A stretch of DNA of 64,000 bases, from positions 145,837 through 209,836 of the IMG/VR virus record IMGVR_UViG_3300008111_000002, one strand, 5' to 3'. Made by a program: the position numbers and the translations under genes. The stretch's first letter is position 1; the number at the start of each line of letters is the position of its first letter. The notes under the pieces were generated by a model, which did not search any database, had not been told where the DNA came from, and was given only the letters and a program-made list of their open reading frames with translations. Positions 19,801 through 29,833 of the stretch are shown here, in pieces.

Positions 19801-20501
19801 AATTACATTTTATTACAAGTATATCAAAAACGTACTGGAACGATACTGCAAGATATTGCATTCCAACTTGGAAATTACCGGGTAAGACAACCATATACAT
19901 CGATCAACACGACGGAGATTTAGATTGGATAGTTGAAGTTCCCTTTCACAAAGAATTACTAAGTGTTCCAGAATTATCAAACAAAGAAGTAGGTAGATCT
20001 AAGGTAAGAAAATTTTGGGGCAAGTCGTGGGCGCAAATAGATGCAATCAGAAATAGGGGCGTAGATGAAAGAATAATCTGGATTGATTCAGATGTTGAAC
20101 AAATTGCAGATGTTGGAGAGGAAGATTTTAATTTTAATTTTTCAGAACCATTTGCAATGATGAATTCTGGTGATAACGAAGATTGTTGGGAAACTGGTTT
20201 AGTAATTTTTAATCAACAATACGGCAAATTAAATGTTGCGACTCGTTTATATGAAAAAGTATGGCGTGATGAGGAACAATTATTTGGTTTATTTAGACCA
20301 TATGATGCACACGTATTAGGTTATGTTGCAGAAGAGAGAACCTTTTTAAATTTATGTAATCAACCTTGTAAAAATATTGATGCGTTATCTAATTCTAGAT
20401 TTAGTAAATTTTTTAAACATTGGATTAATAAAGATAATAAAAAACTGTTGCAAGATCTAAAAACAACACAACCAAGTGAAAACAGTAGCGATATATCATA
20501 A
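19797..20501 (+). CDS. putative GT-A glycosyltransferase
   Basis: IIWIDSD DxD, ETGLVIFN; similar layout to 25094-25903. Confidence 0.5.
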   Translation: MKLHFITSISKTYWNDTARYCIPTWKLPGKTTIYIDQHDGDLDWIVEVPFHKELLSVPELSNKEVGRSKVRKFWGKSWAQIDAIRNRGVDERIIWIDSDVEQIADVGEEDFNFNFSEPFAMMNSGDNEDCWETGLVIFNQQYGKLNVATRLYEKVWRDEEQLFGLFRPYDAHVLGYVAEERTFLNLCNQPCKNIDALSNSRFSKFFKHWINKDNKKLLQDLKTTQPSENSSDIS

Positions 20502-21408
20502 ATCAGTTCCTAACGGAAAAAATTTAGAGAAGATACAACTTTTACAAAATTTTTCTCAAGGAGTTCGTGCAGCAGGTGATACTGTACTTGATGTAGATCA
20601 CTATAGTGTAGTTGCGGCCGATGTTGGAGTAATACAAGGATGGATATCTGGAAAACCAGATGCGCAACACACCATATTAAGAAATAATGTAATAACTCAA
20701 CAAAAATTTCTTAATAGATTTGTTGTATGTGCTGATAGTAATTTATTTCTTTATGCTAATACAGATAATCCATTGCATTATCTAAGATATAGTTTTAATG
20801 ACGTTTTTCCTAATCAAGGAATATATTGTGATACAGAAATAGATCCTATAAGATGGATTAAAATCTCACAAAATCTTAATATACATCTTAAACCATATAG
20901 AGCATACGGCGATCATATTTTAATACTATTACAACGCAACGGTGGTTGGAGTATGTCTGGATATGATGTACAAGATTGGGCTATATCTGTTATTGATACT
21001 ATACGATCTTTTACAGATAGACCCATAGTAATTAGAGCACACCCTGGAGATAAAGCAGCTAGAACTTATCTTAATCCAGACAGTCCGCATTGCAGAATTA
21101 AATTTTCTAAACGTGTAAGATTAAGTAATAATACTAGACTAACTGATGATTTAGTAAATTGTTGGGCTGCTGTAAATTATAATTCAAGTCCAGCAGTCGG
21201 TGCAGCAATTGAAGGAATTCCAATTTTTGTAACTGATCCTATTAGAAGTCAAAGTGCGGAAATTGCTAATAGAGATTTATCACAAATTGAAAACCCAATG
21301 TTACCAGATAGGCAAAAGTGGGTTGAAAGATTATCAATGTTTCATTGGAATTTTAACGAATTAAGATCTGGTGAATGCTGGTCGCATATGAGAAAATTTA
21401 TTTCATAA
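20476..21408 (+). CDS. KpsS/KpsC-like glycosyltransferase-like protein, paralogue 3
   Basis: IVIRAHP, AVNYNSSPAVGAAIEGIPIF. Confidence 0.5.
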   Translation: MKTVAIYHKSVPNGKNLEKIQLLQNFSQGVRAAGDTVLDVDHYSVVAADVGVIQGWISGKPDAQHTILRNNVITQQKFLNRFVVCADSNLFLYANTDNPLHYLRYSFNDVFPNQGIYCDTEIDPIRWIKISQNLNIHLKPYRAYGDHILILLQRNGGWSMSGYDVQDWAISVIDTIRSFTDRPIVIRAHPGDKAARTYLNPDSPHCRIKFSKRVRLSNNTRLTDDLVNCWAAVNYNSSPAVGAAIEGIPIFVTDPIRSQSAEIANRDLSQIENPMLPDRQKWVERLSMFHWNFNELRSGECWSHMRKFIS

Positions 21409-22222
21409 ATTCTTTTAACTCAGCTAATTGAATATCATAATTATTAACATTAAAACTAAAATCAGATCTAGTATTAATTAAAATTTTATTAACTGGTTTA
21501 GGTCCCTGGGTTCTAATTATTGTTTTATTTAAATTAAAGACCGAGTTTATTTTACATAATAAATCATATTTGTTAATTTTAACATTGTTATCAACTAAAT
21601 GGTATATTCCCGTTATTGTCGGATTTTGAATATACTGATCAATACATTTTGCTAATTGAAGAGTAGTAATACCATTCCACCAAGCATTATCCCATCCTTG
21701 TAATTCTTCATTAATATTGTTGTAGATAAAATTAAACAATCCTGTACCGTTCTTTTTTAATTCAGGACCAATTATACTCATTCTAAATGTAATATCTTTA
21801 GAATTGTTAATTTCACCAAAGGATTTTGATTTACCATATGAATTGGTTTCTGTATGTAAATCTGTCTCTATGTAGTTTCCTTGTTTGCCGTCAAACACGC
21901 AATCAGTTGACAAATGAATTAATTTTGTTTTAGAATCTTTAATTTCGTTTTCAATGCAATGGGGAAGCCAGGAATTAATAATTGCTGCTCTATCCGGACG
22001 ATCAATGCTATCCTTGACTAACAGTCCTATGCAGTTAATTATGAAATCAAAATCGTTTTTGGATTCATTAAAAAAAGATTTAGTAATTACAGTGTTTTCA
22101 ATATCTAGTCCATAATCGGCATTATTTCTAGCTAAAGTTTGAACAGTATATCCTTGAGATGTAAGATATTTTTTAATAACATGACCCGCCATGCCATTAG
22201 AGCCAACTATTAAAACTTTCAT
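21398..22222 (-). CDS. RmlD-like NAD(P)-dependent sugar reductase (extended SDR)
   Basis: GSNGMAG, INCIG, HLSTDCVFDG..G.Y.E, YGKSK. Confidence 0.85.
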   Translation of the reverse strand: MKVLIVGSNGMAGHVIKKYLTSQGYTVQTLARNNADYGLDIENTVITKSFFNESKNDFDFIINCIGLLVKDSIDRPDRAAIINSWLPHCIENEIKDSKTKLIHLSTDCVFDGKQGNYIETDLHTETNSYGKSKSFGEINNSKDITFRMSIIGPELKKNGTGLFNFIYNNINEELQGWDNAWWNGITTLQLAKCIDQYIQNPTITGIYHLVDNNVKINKYDLLCKINSVFNLNKTIIRTQGPKPVNKILINTRSDFSFNVNNYDIQLAELKEFMK

Positions 22223-23199
22223 ATAAATTTACCTTTCTCAAGCATATCTTTTATTTGATCTTTGTCCATTATCTTTGTTTTAGAAGAAAATTCAGGATAT
22301 GGAAAATTTTTATGATCTTGGTATCTAGTTGCTAATGCTTGATTATAACCTGCAGGTAGTGTAACAAAGTAATGTTCATCATAACAGTATGTTAATTGAG
22401 ATTCGTGATGTGATATTAACATTTCGTCTAATTTTTCGCCAGGTCTCATTCCAGTTTCAATTACCTGAACTTTTCCATATACATCCATTAATACTTCTGC
22501 AAGATCTTTAATATAACAAGATGGCATATTCATAACGAATGTTTCACCACCTATGCTATCAATAGATGCTTTAAACAATAAAAATATAGCCTCTTCTAAT
22601 GTTAAAAAGAATCTAGTCATTTTCATGTCTGTTATTGTTAACGGCCCACCAGATTTTATTTGTTCAATAAAATAAGGAATAACCGATCCGCTGGATCCCA
22701 TTACGTTACCGCCTCTAATACAAACAAATTTTGTATAATCGTTAAGATCATTTGCTTGGATTATAATTTTTTCGCCAACAGCTTTTGTCATTCCGTAAAG
22801 ATTAATAGGTTCGACTGCTTTATCTGAACTTACATCAATTACTTTCTTTACACGATTTTCAATGGCAGCATTGACTATATTAGTAGTACCGTTGATATTT
22901 GTTTTAATTGTTTCCTGAACATTTTCTTCACACACGGGCACATGTTTTAATGCAGCAAGATGGAAAATGTAATCAACTCCTTTAGTTGCTTGTCTTACTG
23001 TATCATAGTCTCTAACATCTCCTATTACAAATTTTAACTTAGGATTGTTAAATTTTCTTTTCATCAATACTTGTTGTAATTCTCCACGAGAAAAACAAAT
23101 AATTTCTGCAACTTCGTACTTTTTAAGAAGTAAACTGATTAAAGTCTGCCCCCACGATCCTGTTGCCCCACTAACAAAAATTCTAGTTCCGTTAAACAT
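22219..23199 (-). CDS. UDP-GlcNAc 4,6-dehydratase/5-epimerase (PseB/WbjB/CapE family)
   Basis: GATGSWG, FSRGE, HLAALKHVP.CE, SSDKAVEPINLYGMTK, RGGNVMGSSGSVIP, GMRPGEKLDE. Confidence 0.9.
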   Translation of the reverse strand: MFNGTRIFVSGATGSWGQTLISLLLKKYEVAEIICFSRGELQQVLMKRKFNNPKLKFVIGDVRDYDTVRQATKGVDYIFHLAALKHVPVCEENVQETIKTNINGTTNIVNAAIENRVKKVIDVSSDKAVEPINLYGMTKAVGEKIIIQANDLNDYTKFVCIRGGNVMGSSGSVIPYFIEQIKSGGPLTITDMKMTRFFLTLEEAIFLLFKASIDSIGGETFVMNMPSCYIKDLAEVLMDVYGKVQVIETGMRPGEKLDEMLISHHESQLTYCYDEHYFVTLPAGYNQALATRYQDHKNFPYPEFSSKTKIMDKDQIKDMLEKGKFI

Positions 23200-23752
23200 T
23201 ATTGTTCCTTAAAATTTCAATCATTTCGCTGTCATTGTATAGTTTTATAGTATTAATAAATTCTTTAAATTCGTAATATGATATATTTTGATATTCGAGT
23301 GGGGGATTTATTTTAGCCGCCGGTATACGAATAAATGTAAGACCGAAATTGTTATTCATAGTGTATATTTCAAAATTAGTTTCTTTTATAAAATACATTA
23401 GTAATCTAAAAGAATCAGAACAAAATTTTGACGAGGTATGTTTTAGCGATGGAGGAACCATGTCATGCATAATAACCCATTTATTAGCATGGTTAACTGA
23501 ATTATTAAAATCTTTGAGAACATATTCGTAATCATGATTTGCATCAATAAAAATAATATCAAACTTTTTTGAATTATCTATACTAGAAAAATATTCATCA
23601 GTTGTACCGGTAAACAATGCATTGCCGTTAATATCAACTGAAAATTTTTCTTTACAGTTTATAGATCGAAAGTTTTCATTTCTAAAAACACCAAGCTCTA
23701 AATAGGTATATTTTTCTATTTCTGGAATGTTATTAATTATTGAACAAGACAC
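23192..23752 (-). CDS. class I SAM-dependent methyltransferase (Methyltransf_24-like)
   Basis: YLELGV, FDIIFIDANH.YE.V..D, IMHD. Confidence 0.75.
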   Translation of the reverse strand: MSCSIINNIPEIEKYTYLELGVFRNENFRSINCKEKFSVDINGNALFTGTTDEYFSSIDNSKKFDIIFIDANHDYEYVLKDFNNSVNHANKWVIMHDMVPPSLKHTSSKFCSDSFRLLMYFIKETNFEIYTMNNNFGLTFIRIPAAKINPPLEYQNISYYEFKEFINTIKLYNDSEMIEILRNNNV

Positions 23753-24420
23753 TATTTTGCTCCTTTAGTTTGGATCCAACCTCTAGCCTTAGATGGTTGT
23801 ATAACAGAATGAGAAAAATCTAAAAATGTGTCATTGGTAACTGTACCCAAATCATATAAATGAGAATAATTTTCTTCTGCAATTTTTCTTTTAATAAATG
23901 ATGCTGATCGTTTTGCTTGCGGATGCCATTCTGGATGAGATTGATCTACCCATTTTGCCCAAAAATGTGGTCTTGATAGATCGTAATTCCAACTCGAATG
24001 AGACTTGTTATATACTGCTTCTTCGGTAATATACATCGATATATTTGCTTCCTTCATTCTTATATAAAAATCATCATCTTCATAACCGCCACCGACATAT
24101 CTTTCATCTAACATACCAACTCTACGAAATAATTCTTTTTTAAATCCAAAAAATCCAAAGCGATAAAGTGCAACTAGCCCGTACCCTTGCTTAATAAGTT
24201 CTACAATTTTTTGTATTTGTTCTTGAGTTGGACGAACCTTATCACTAAGCACAATTACTATTTCAGATGGACATTGAGATATACAACTATTAACTAATTT
24301 TGAAAACGAAGGATACCCTGTACCATCAAAATAATTAATTTCTTCTGGGGCTGCGCCGGTCTGTATTTCTGGATATATCCAAGGTTTGTTAGATATTACA
24401 TAACAGTTATAATCTTTCAT
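23752..24420 (-). CDS. GT2-like glycosyltransferase
   Basis: FRRVGMLDERYVGGGYEDDDF motif. Confidence 0.65.
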   Translation of the reverse strand: MKDYNCYVISNKPWIYPEIQTGAAPEEINYFDGTGYPSFSKLVNSCISQCPSEIVIVLSDKVRPTQEQIQKIVELIKQGYGLVALYRFGFFGFKKELFRRVGMLDERYVGGGYEDDDFYIRMKEANISMYITEEAVYNKSHSSWNYDLSRPHFWAKWVDQSHPEWHPQAKRSASFIKRKIAEENYSHLYDLGTVTNDTFLDFSHSVIQPSKARGWIQTKGAK

Positions 24421-25103
24421 TGATAGTTATCCCAAAATGTTGTTCTTGTTAAACTCTTTTTTCCATCTTTTTTAATCAATGCAATTCCCATAACATGACT
24501 ATGAATTTCAATAATTACATGATGTTGATTTATAGCATTGTCTGCTGGAAGATAGGTATTTTTATATGTATCCACAAGTTTTTTTGCTGCATGTGGCTTT
24601 AATGCATATCCACAACATCCCGGCATTGAACTTTGAAAATATGGTTCTGCTTTTGGATCTCCTTGTGGATCTTCAAGATACTGCCGATACTTTTCAGTCT
24701 TAGTTGGATGCCCTAATGCTAAAACTAGTACGTCTGTCCAATCAATTGGAATAAATGGTCTTCTTAAAACAATATCATCTTCCCATATAATAATTGGTTC
24801 ATTTAATTCTACACATTTTTGCCATAGTCTATAATGACTATAAAAGCATCCTTTAACACCAGGGGAACTTCCTTTTAAATTAGGAACAGCATCGGGATCA
24901 ATTTCAATATCTGGACCTTTAATGCCAAACGGATGCCAAGTTCTATGTTCAAGTTCCATCATTTTCACAGCATCGGTGCCATATGTTCCTTCAAACAACT
25001 CAACAGGCATATTGTATTCTTCTAATTGTTTTTGTAGGGTTAGTGCTGTTTCAAAAGATGATTGTATTTTAGAAAGACAAATGATAAAACTTTTCATTTC
25101 CAA
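24417..25103 (-). CDS. GT25-family glycosyltransferase
   Basis: FIICL, GVKGCFYSHYRLW, IIIWEDD, GYALKP.AAKKL, PAD. Confidence 0.8.
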   Translation of the reverse strand: MEMKSFIICLSKIQSSFETALTLQKQLEEYNMPVELFEGTYGTDAVKMMELEHRTWHPFGIKGPDIEIDPDAVPNLKGSSPGVKGCFYSHYRLWQKCVELNEPIIIWEDDIVLRRPFIPIDWTDVLVLALGHPTKTEKYRQYLEDPQGDPKAEPYFQSSMPGCCGYALKPHAAKKLVDTYKNTYLPADNAINQHHVIIEIHSHVMGIALIKKDGKKSLTRTTFWDNYQ

Positions 25104-25903
25104 TAATCCTCTTTTCTTTTAATTCTTAGATCTTTTTGATGACTGCGGCCATACTGTTTTCTTTCGCCTTTGAGGTGATCTAAGTATCCACCCCATTCGC
25201 AGTTTATTAACGGGTGACCTTCTCCTGTAATAACACCTTGACTCCAGTTGTGCTGTATTAAAAAAGGAAATCTTTTACGTACATCATCAAATACATAACT
25301 GTCATGCCATTCATCTAAGTTAAAGATTCCCGCTTCGGCTTTGTCATACATCCATTGAAATTGATTTAAAAAATTTCTAGTCATTTCAGAACGTAAATTA
25401 AGAGAATATAAACCACATTCTGAAAATTTGTTGTCTCTACCTAGGTAACACAGATCTTTATCGATTGGTATTAGACGCTGTATCTCACTTAGACTAATCG
25501 GACTATGACAAACCATATCTGCGTCCATCCATATTAACACATCTGCATCACAATTTTTAGCACAATGGAAGATAGTATAAACTTTATGAGCAAATCTTAT
25601 TGCATCCCATTTGAAAGGTTTATGACTGTCTTTTCTAGCAGCCAATCTTGGAAAACTTGAGATGTCTCCACTGGCATGGGGAACATTTTTCCAACGTTCT
25701 TTGAAGGCTGTGAGTTCAGGAACACCGGTATCGAGATCAATTAATTCAACATTAGCGCCTTGCGGTACATATGGGTTAACTCTTTCGGGATACAGGTATA
25801 ACTTTACTTCTTTTGGCCAATTGATCAAAAAAGATTCGATCATTTTTTTAGCATAAGACTTATAACCATCTTCATTAAATGTTGTAACTACTGCATATTT
25901 CAT
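25094..25903 (-). CDS. GT-A glycosyltransferase-like protein
   Basis: VVTTF, RFAHKV, LIWMDAD DxD, SECG, EWHDSYVFD, DHLKG. Confidence 0.6.
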   Translation of the reverse strand: MKYAVVTTFNEDGYKSYAKKMIESFLINWPKEVKLYLYPERVNPYVPQGANVELIDLDTGVPELTAFKERWKNVPHASGDISSFPRLAARKDSHKPFKWDAIRFAHKVYTIFHCAKNCDADVLIWMDADMVCHSPISLSEIQRLIPIDKDLCYLGRDNKFSECGLYSLNLRSEMTRNFLNQFQWMYDKAEAGIFNLDEWHDSYVFDDVRKRFPFLIQHNWSQGVITGEGHPLINCEWGGYLDHLKGERKQYGRSHQKDLRIKRKEDYWK

Positions 25904-26301
25904 TAGTTTGCCTTTTTCCAAAAATTTATACTTTTATGATTACCCAAACTTTCATAATTATATTGCCAAAGATGTTTTAAGATCTTTTTACCCACCGGTT
26001 CACCATGTATTAAAATGATTCCTGCTCTATTAAGGCTGGCAACTGGTGTGAAATTACCAATCTCCCATAGACATGGCTCATCCACTACTAGTAAATTAAA
26101 TTCTGGTAATGTTTTTATATCAGTAAAGTTTAGTCTTGGTATTAAATTTTTACTTTTAATCTCTGGTCGTTGAGTGTCATAGACAAACACCGTGTTGAAT
26201 CCTTCAAGAAGATCTGGAATATTAATAAAATTACTACCTAATACCACAGCGGTATCACGTTTTGTAATAATTGGTTCTATACGTTTTAAAAATTTACTCA
26301 T
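25903..26301 (-). CDS. hypothetical protein (Rossmann-like?)
   Basis: 132-aa ORF coupled to the downstream GT gene. Confidence 0.5.
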   Translation of the reverse strand: MSKFLKRIEPIITKRDTAVVLGSNFINIPDLLEGFNTVFVYDTQRPEIKSKNLIPRLNFTDIKTLPEFNLLVVDEPCLWEIGNFTPVASLNRAGIILIHGEPVGKKILKHLWQYNYESLGNHKSINFWKKAN

Positions 26302-26341
26302 TACGACAAGAATTAAATACTCTGTTATTTATTTTTAAAAA

Positions 26342-27175
26342 ATGCGCATAAAATTATATCGTGAAAATGGTGCTCTTGGCAGTAACGTGGTTTTTGACGC
26401 TTTAGAACAAGGTTTTAAACGTCTTGGACATCAAATTGTTGACAGCAACGAGGACATTCCGGTGATATGGAGTGTACTTTGGTTCGGCCGTATGCAGCCC
26501 AATCAACAAATTTACAATTTTTTTAAAAATAAAAATAAACCGGTAATGATAGTCGAAGTCGGTTCACTGAAAAGGGGAATTTCATGGAAACTTTCATTGG
26601 AAAATATCAACGGTGACGGAAAATTTAATCAAGAAAATCATTTACAAAAAAATAGACAAAAAGTTTTAGGTGTTGAGTTAAAAGATTTTCAAACAAACAG
26701 AAAACCCTCAATCCTATTATTGGGTCAACATGATCGCAGCCTCCAATGGGAAGGACTGCCATCAGTTAGTGACTGGATTTTTCAAAAAATTTCAGAAATT
26801 AGAAAATTTACCGATCGTACAATTGTAGTAAGACCACATCCACGTTGTCGTATTAATTATTTTTCAATACCAAATGTTGTTATCGAAACAACAAATCCAA
26901 TACCTAACACATATTCTGAATTTGATATTAATTTTTCTCATCACTGCGTAATAAATCATAATAGTGGTACCACAGTACAGGCAGCAATTAATGGAGTTCC
27001 ATTAATTTGTGATCCTAGTGCATTAGCACATCCGGTATCCTGTCAACTTAACGAAATAGAGACGCCATACCTCAAAGATAGAACACAGTGGTTTGAATAC
27101 ATTCTTCATACAGAATGGTTGTTGGACGAATTCATCCAGGGAACTCCACAAGAAAGGTTGATTTCATCGATGTGA
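26342..27175 (+). CDS. KpsS/KpsC-like glycosyltransferase-like protein, paralogue 4
   Basis: IVVRPHP, CVINHNSGTTVQAAINGVPLI. Confidence 0.5.
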   Translation: MRIKLYRENGALGSNVVFDALEQGFKRLGHQIVDSNEDIPVIWSVLWFGRMQPNQQIYNFFKNKNKPVMIVEVGSLKRGISWKLSLENINGDGKFNQENHLQKNRQKVLGVELKDFQTNRKPSILLLGQHDRSLQWEGLPSVSDWIFQKISEIRKFTDRTIVVRPHPRCRINYFSIPNVVIETTNPIPNTYSEFDINFSHHCVINHNSGTTVQAAINGVPLICDPSALAHPVSCQLNEIETPYLKDRTQWFEYILHTEWLLDEFIQGTPQERLISSM

Positions 27176-27192
27176 GATGCTATTATTTTAGC

Positions 27193-28392
27193 ATGACCAT
27201 CATCAGATATGTTGAAGACGTATTCATTGAATTTGCTCATGCAGTTGACCTGCGGCAAGTTTCTGTTCAGCCCCAGGACATACCAGCCATTAATAGTTTT
27301 CAGAATGTAATTCTCACAGGCAAACCGTTAACTAGAGCGCAATCTTCGTTTGTGTTGAAAATTTTAACCAAATACAAAATTGGCTCAAAGATGGTCGGTA
27401 TTGACTACCACGACTCAATTGACAATCCCACATGGCGCCATCCGTTTAGAGTTATTGACAACAGTCGAAGTGTATCTGTAGAGCAGGACGAAGATGGTGG
27501 TTTACAAATTTTGATGAAATTTCCATATCAAATTAAAGAACCATTTGAAAAGGAATTACCTAATTTAAAATCAATGTGGGATTCTACGTTAATGTCTAGA
27601 GTTATTAAACTAAAAGATGCTAACGTAATTGCCATTAGAGAATTCTGTGAAAAATACGAATTTGTGTTAGATCAAAGTTTCGTCGATTTGTGCGATTCAG
27701 TGGAAGAAATCTGGAATCAAGAAGAAAATTTTCTTCCACACTCTGTTGTCAAAAATAAGTTTGTAACATTGATTAATGCTAATGAAGATGCAAAAGAATA
27801 TTTTGAAATCAATAAAACAGACAGTTTAGAAGAAAACATGTTCCTAGCAAAGAGCATGAATTTTTGCCTAAAATTGGAAGAAAAAAATCCAACGTTAATT
27901 CAAAAAATTGCCACTGCTCACGACAATTACTTTTATACCAACGACATTAAAAATGTGTTTGAAATTTTAAAATCATTACCAACTGCAAAAGTAGCAGTGC
28001 TTGTTGATCGTACCTCCGAGACTCTAAACTTTGTTAAAAATTTTGTAAATTTTGCAGAAAATACAAATTTTCCAAAAAACAATATTCGTGTATGTTTTAG
28101 GCTAAGTGCCGAAGAGGATAAAGATTTAAAATTTAATCAATGGATCAAAGAAAATCAAATGAATGGTCCTGTGGACTCTGGAAGAATTTATATTTTTCGT
28201 CATAAGCCCGCAAAGTGGTTGTTTGCAGGAAAAGAAAATGTTAAAATTATAGTTACAAACAGTTTATTTACAAACACTAATATGAGCATTAGTCATTGGA
28301 TGGACTCACACCCGTGTGTGATTTTTGTTGGAGAACAAAAACCTGCAATGAGAGCATTGTCAACTAAGGAAAAAAAGATTGTCAACTTGTAA
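27193..28392 (+). CDS. hypothetical protein
   Basis: About 400-aa ORF overlapping the start of uvsW. Confidence 0.65.
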   Translation: MTIIRYVEDVFIEFAHAVDLRQVSVQPQDIPAINSFQNVILTGKPLTRAQSSFVLKILTKYKIGSKMVGIDYHDSIDNPTWRHPFRVIDNSRSVSVEQDEDGGLQILMKFPYQIKEPFEKELPNLKSMWDSTLMSRVIKLKDANVIAIREFCEKYEFVLDQSFVDLCDSVEEIWNQEENFLPHSVVKNKFVTLINANEDAKEYFEINKTDSLEENMFLAKSMNFCLKLEEKNPTLIQKIATAHDNYFYTNDIKNVFEILKSLPTAKVAVLVDRTSETLNFVKNFVNFAENTNFPKNNIRVCFRLSAEEDKDLKFNQWIKENQMNGPVDSGRIYIFRHKPAKWLFAGKENVKIIVTNSLFTNTNMSISHWMDSHPCVIFVGEQKPAMRALSTKEKKIVNL

Positions 28393-29833
28393 GTTAATAA
28401 TAAAAGACGAAGTCAACATAAAAATAGAAGGACTTGCTGTTGAAACTCGTAGAAAGATTGTCAACAAATTAAAATTTGATCTTCCCTACGCTCGTCACAT
28501 GCCTGCTTATAAATTAGGGCGGTGGGACGGAACAAAAACTTACTTTGGCATAGGCGGCAATGGGTATCTTGCACACCTAGATGTTATTCTTCCTATTATT
28601 GAAGAAAGCGGCTACGAGATTGAAGTAGACGACTTACGATTACATAAACAAATTTCTTTTGAAAGAGTCAACAAAAATTACTGGGCTGACAAAGGCAAGA
28701 CCTGGCCCAAAGGTCATCCATCTGCGGGTCAACCTATTGTATTACGTGATTATCAATACGATGTTGTTAATAAATTTTTAGAAAATCCTCAGGCATTACA
28801 GGAAGTAGCAACTGGTGCAGGTAAGACTATTACCACTGCTACACTCAGTCATCTTTGTGAGCCCTATGGTCGTACAATGGTCATTGTTCCTAACAAGTCG
28901 TTAGTTGTTCAGACTGAAGAAGATTATAAAAATCTAGGACTTGATGTTGGTGTGTACTTTGGTGATCGTAAAGAATTAGGAAAGACTCATACTATCTGTA
29001 CATGGCAAAGTTTAAATGTATTAGACAAAAATAGTTATGATGAAGACGTTCTTTCTTTAGCGGAATTTACTGAAGGAGTAGCAGCAATTATTGTCGACGA
29101 AGTTCATCAAGCCAAAGCAGACGTATTAACTAAACTATTAACACAAAATTTTAAAAACTGTGCTATTAGATGGGGACTAACTGGAACTATTCCTAAAGAA
29201 GCATGGGAGTTCCAAGGCATCTTAGCCAGCATCGGGCCAGTAATTAATCAAGTGTCGGCACACGATTTGCAAGAAAAGGGTGTGTTGGCAAATTTGCAAA
29301 TTAATGTTTTACAAACAACCGATGTTCAAGTATTTAGAAGTTTTCAAGAAGAATATAGCTTTTTAGTTACTGATGCAACTAGACTAACGTGGATGGCAAA
29401 TAAAATTAAAGAATTAGCACTAACAGGTAATACGCTGGTATTAATTAATAGGATTGACACAGGCAATCAACTAATTGAAAGAATACCCGAAGCGGTCTTT
29501 GTCAGTGGCGGTATGAAACTAAACGACAGGAAAGAAGAATATGATGAGATTAAGACAGCTGATAACAAGATTATTGTGGCGACTTATGGTGTGGCCGCTG
29601 TGGGTATTAATATTCCAAGGATTTTTAATTTGGTTCTTATTGAGCCCGGAAAGAGCTTTGTCCGCGTTATACAAAGTATTGGGCGAGGCATTAGAAGAGC
29701 GGAAGACAAAGACTTTGTCCAAATTTGGGACATCACGAGCACCTGCAAGTACGCCAAGCGGCATCTTACGGAAAGGAAGAAATATTACAAAGAGGCCAAA
29801 TACCCCTTTACATTAACCAAGGTAACATTATGA
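28379..29833 (+). CDS. uvsW: SF2 DNA helicase UvsW
   Basis: LRDYQ, ATGAGKT, IVDEVH, GLTGT, GINIP, QSIGRGIR. Confidence 0.9.
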   Translation: MSTCKLIIKDEVNIKIEGLAVETRRKIVNKLKFDLPYARHMPAYKLGRWDGTKTYFGIGGNGYLAHLDVILPIIEESGYEIEVDDLRLHKQISFERVNKNYWADKGKTWPKGHPSAGQPIVLRDYQYDVVNKFLENPQALQEVATGAGKTITTATLSHLCEPYGRTMVIVPNKSLVVQTEEDYKNLGLDVGVYFGDRKELGKTHTICTWQSLNVLDKNSYDEDVLSLAEFTEGVAAIIVDEVHQAKADVLTKLLTQNFKNCAIRWGLTGTIPKEAWEFQGILASIGPVINQVSAHDLQEKGVLANLQINVLQTTDVQVFRSFQEEYSFLVTDATRLTWMANKIKELALTGNTLVLINRIDTGNQLIERIPEAVFVSGGMKLNDRKEEYDEIKTADNKIIVATYGVAAVGINIPRIFNLVLIEPGKSFVRVIQSIGRGIRRAEDKDFVQIWDITSTCKYAKRHLTERKKYYKEAKYPFTLTKVTL

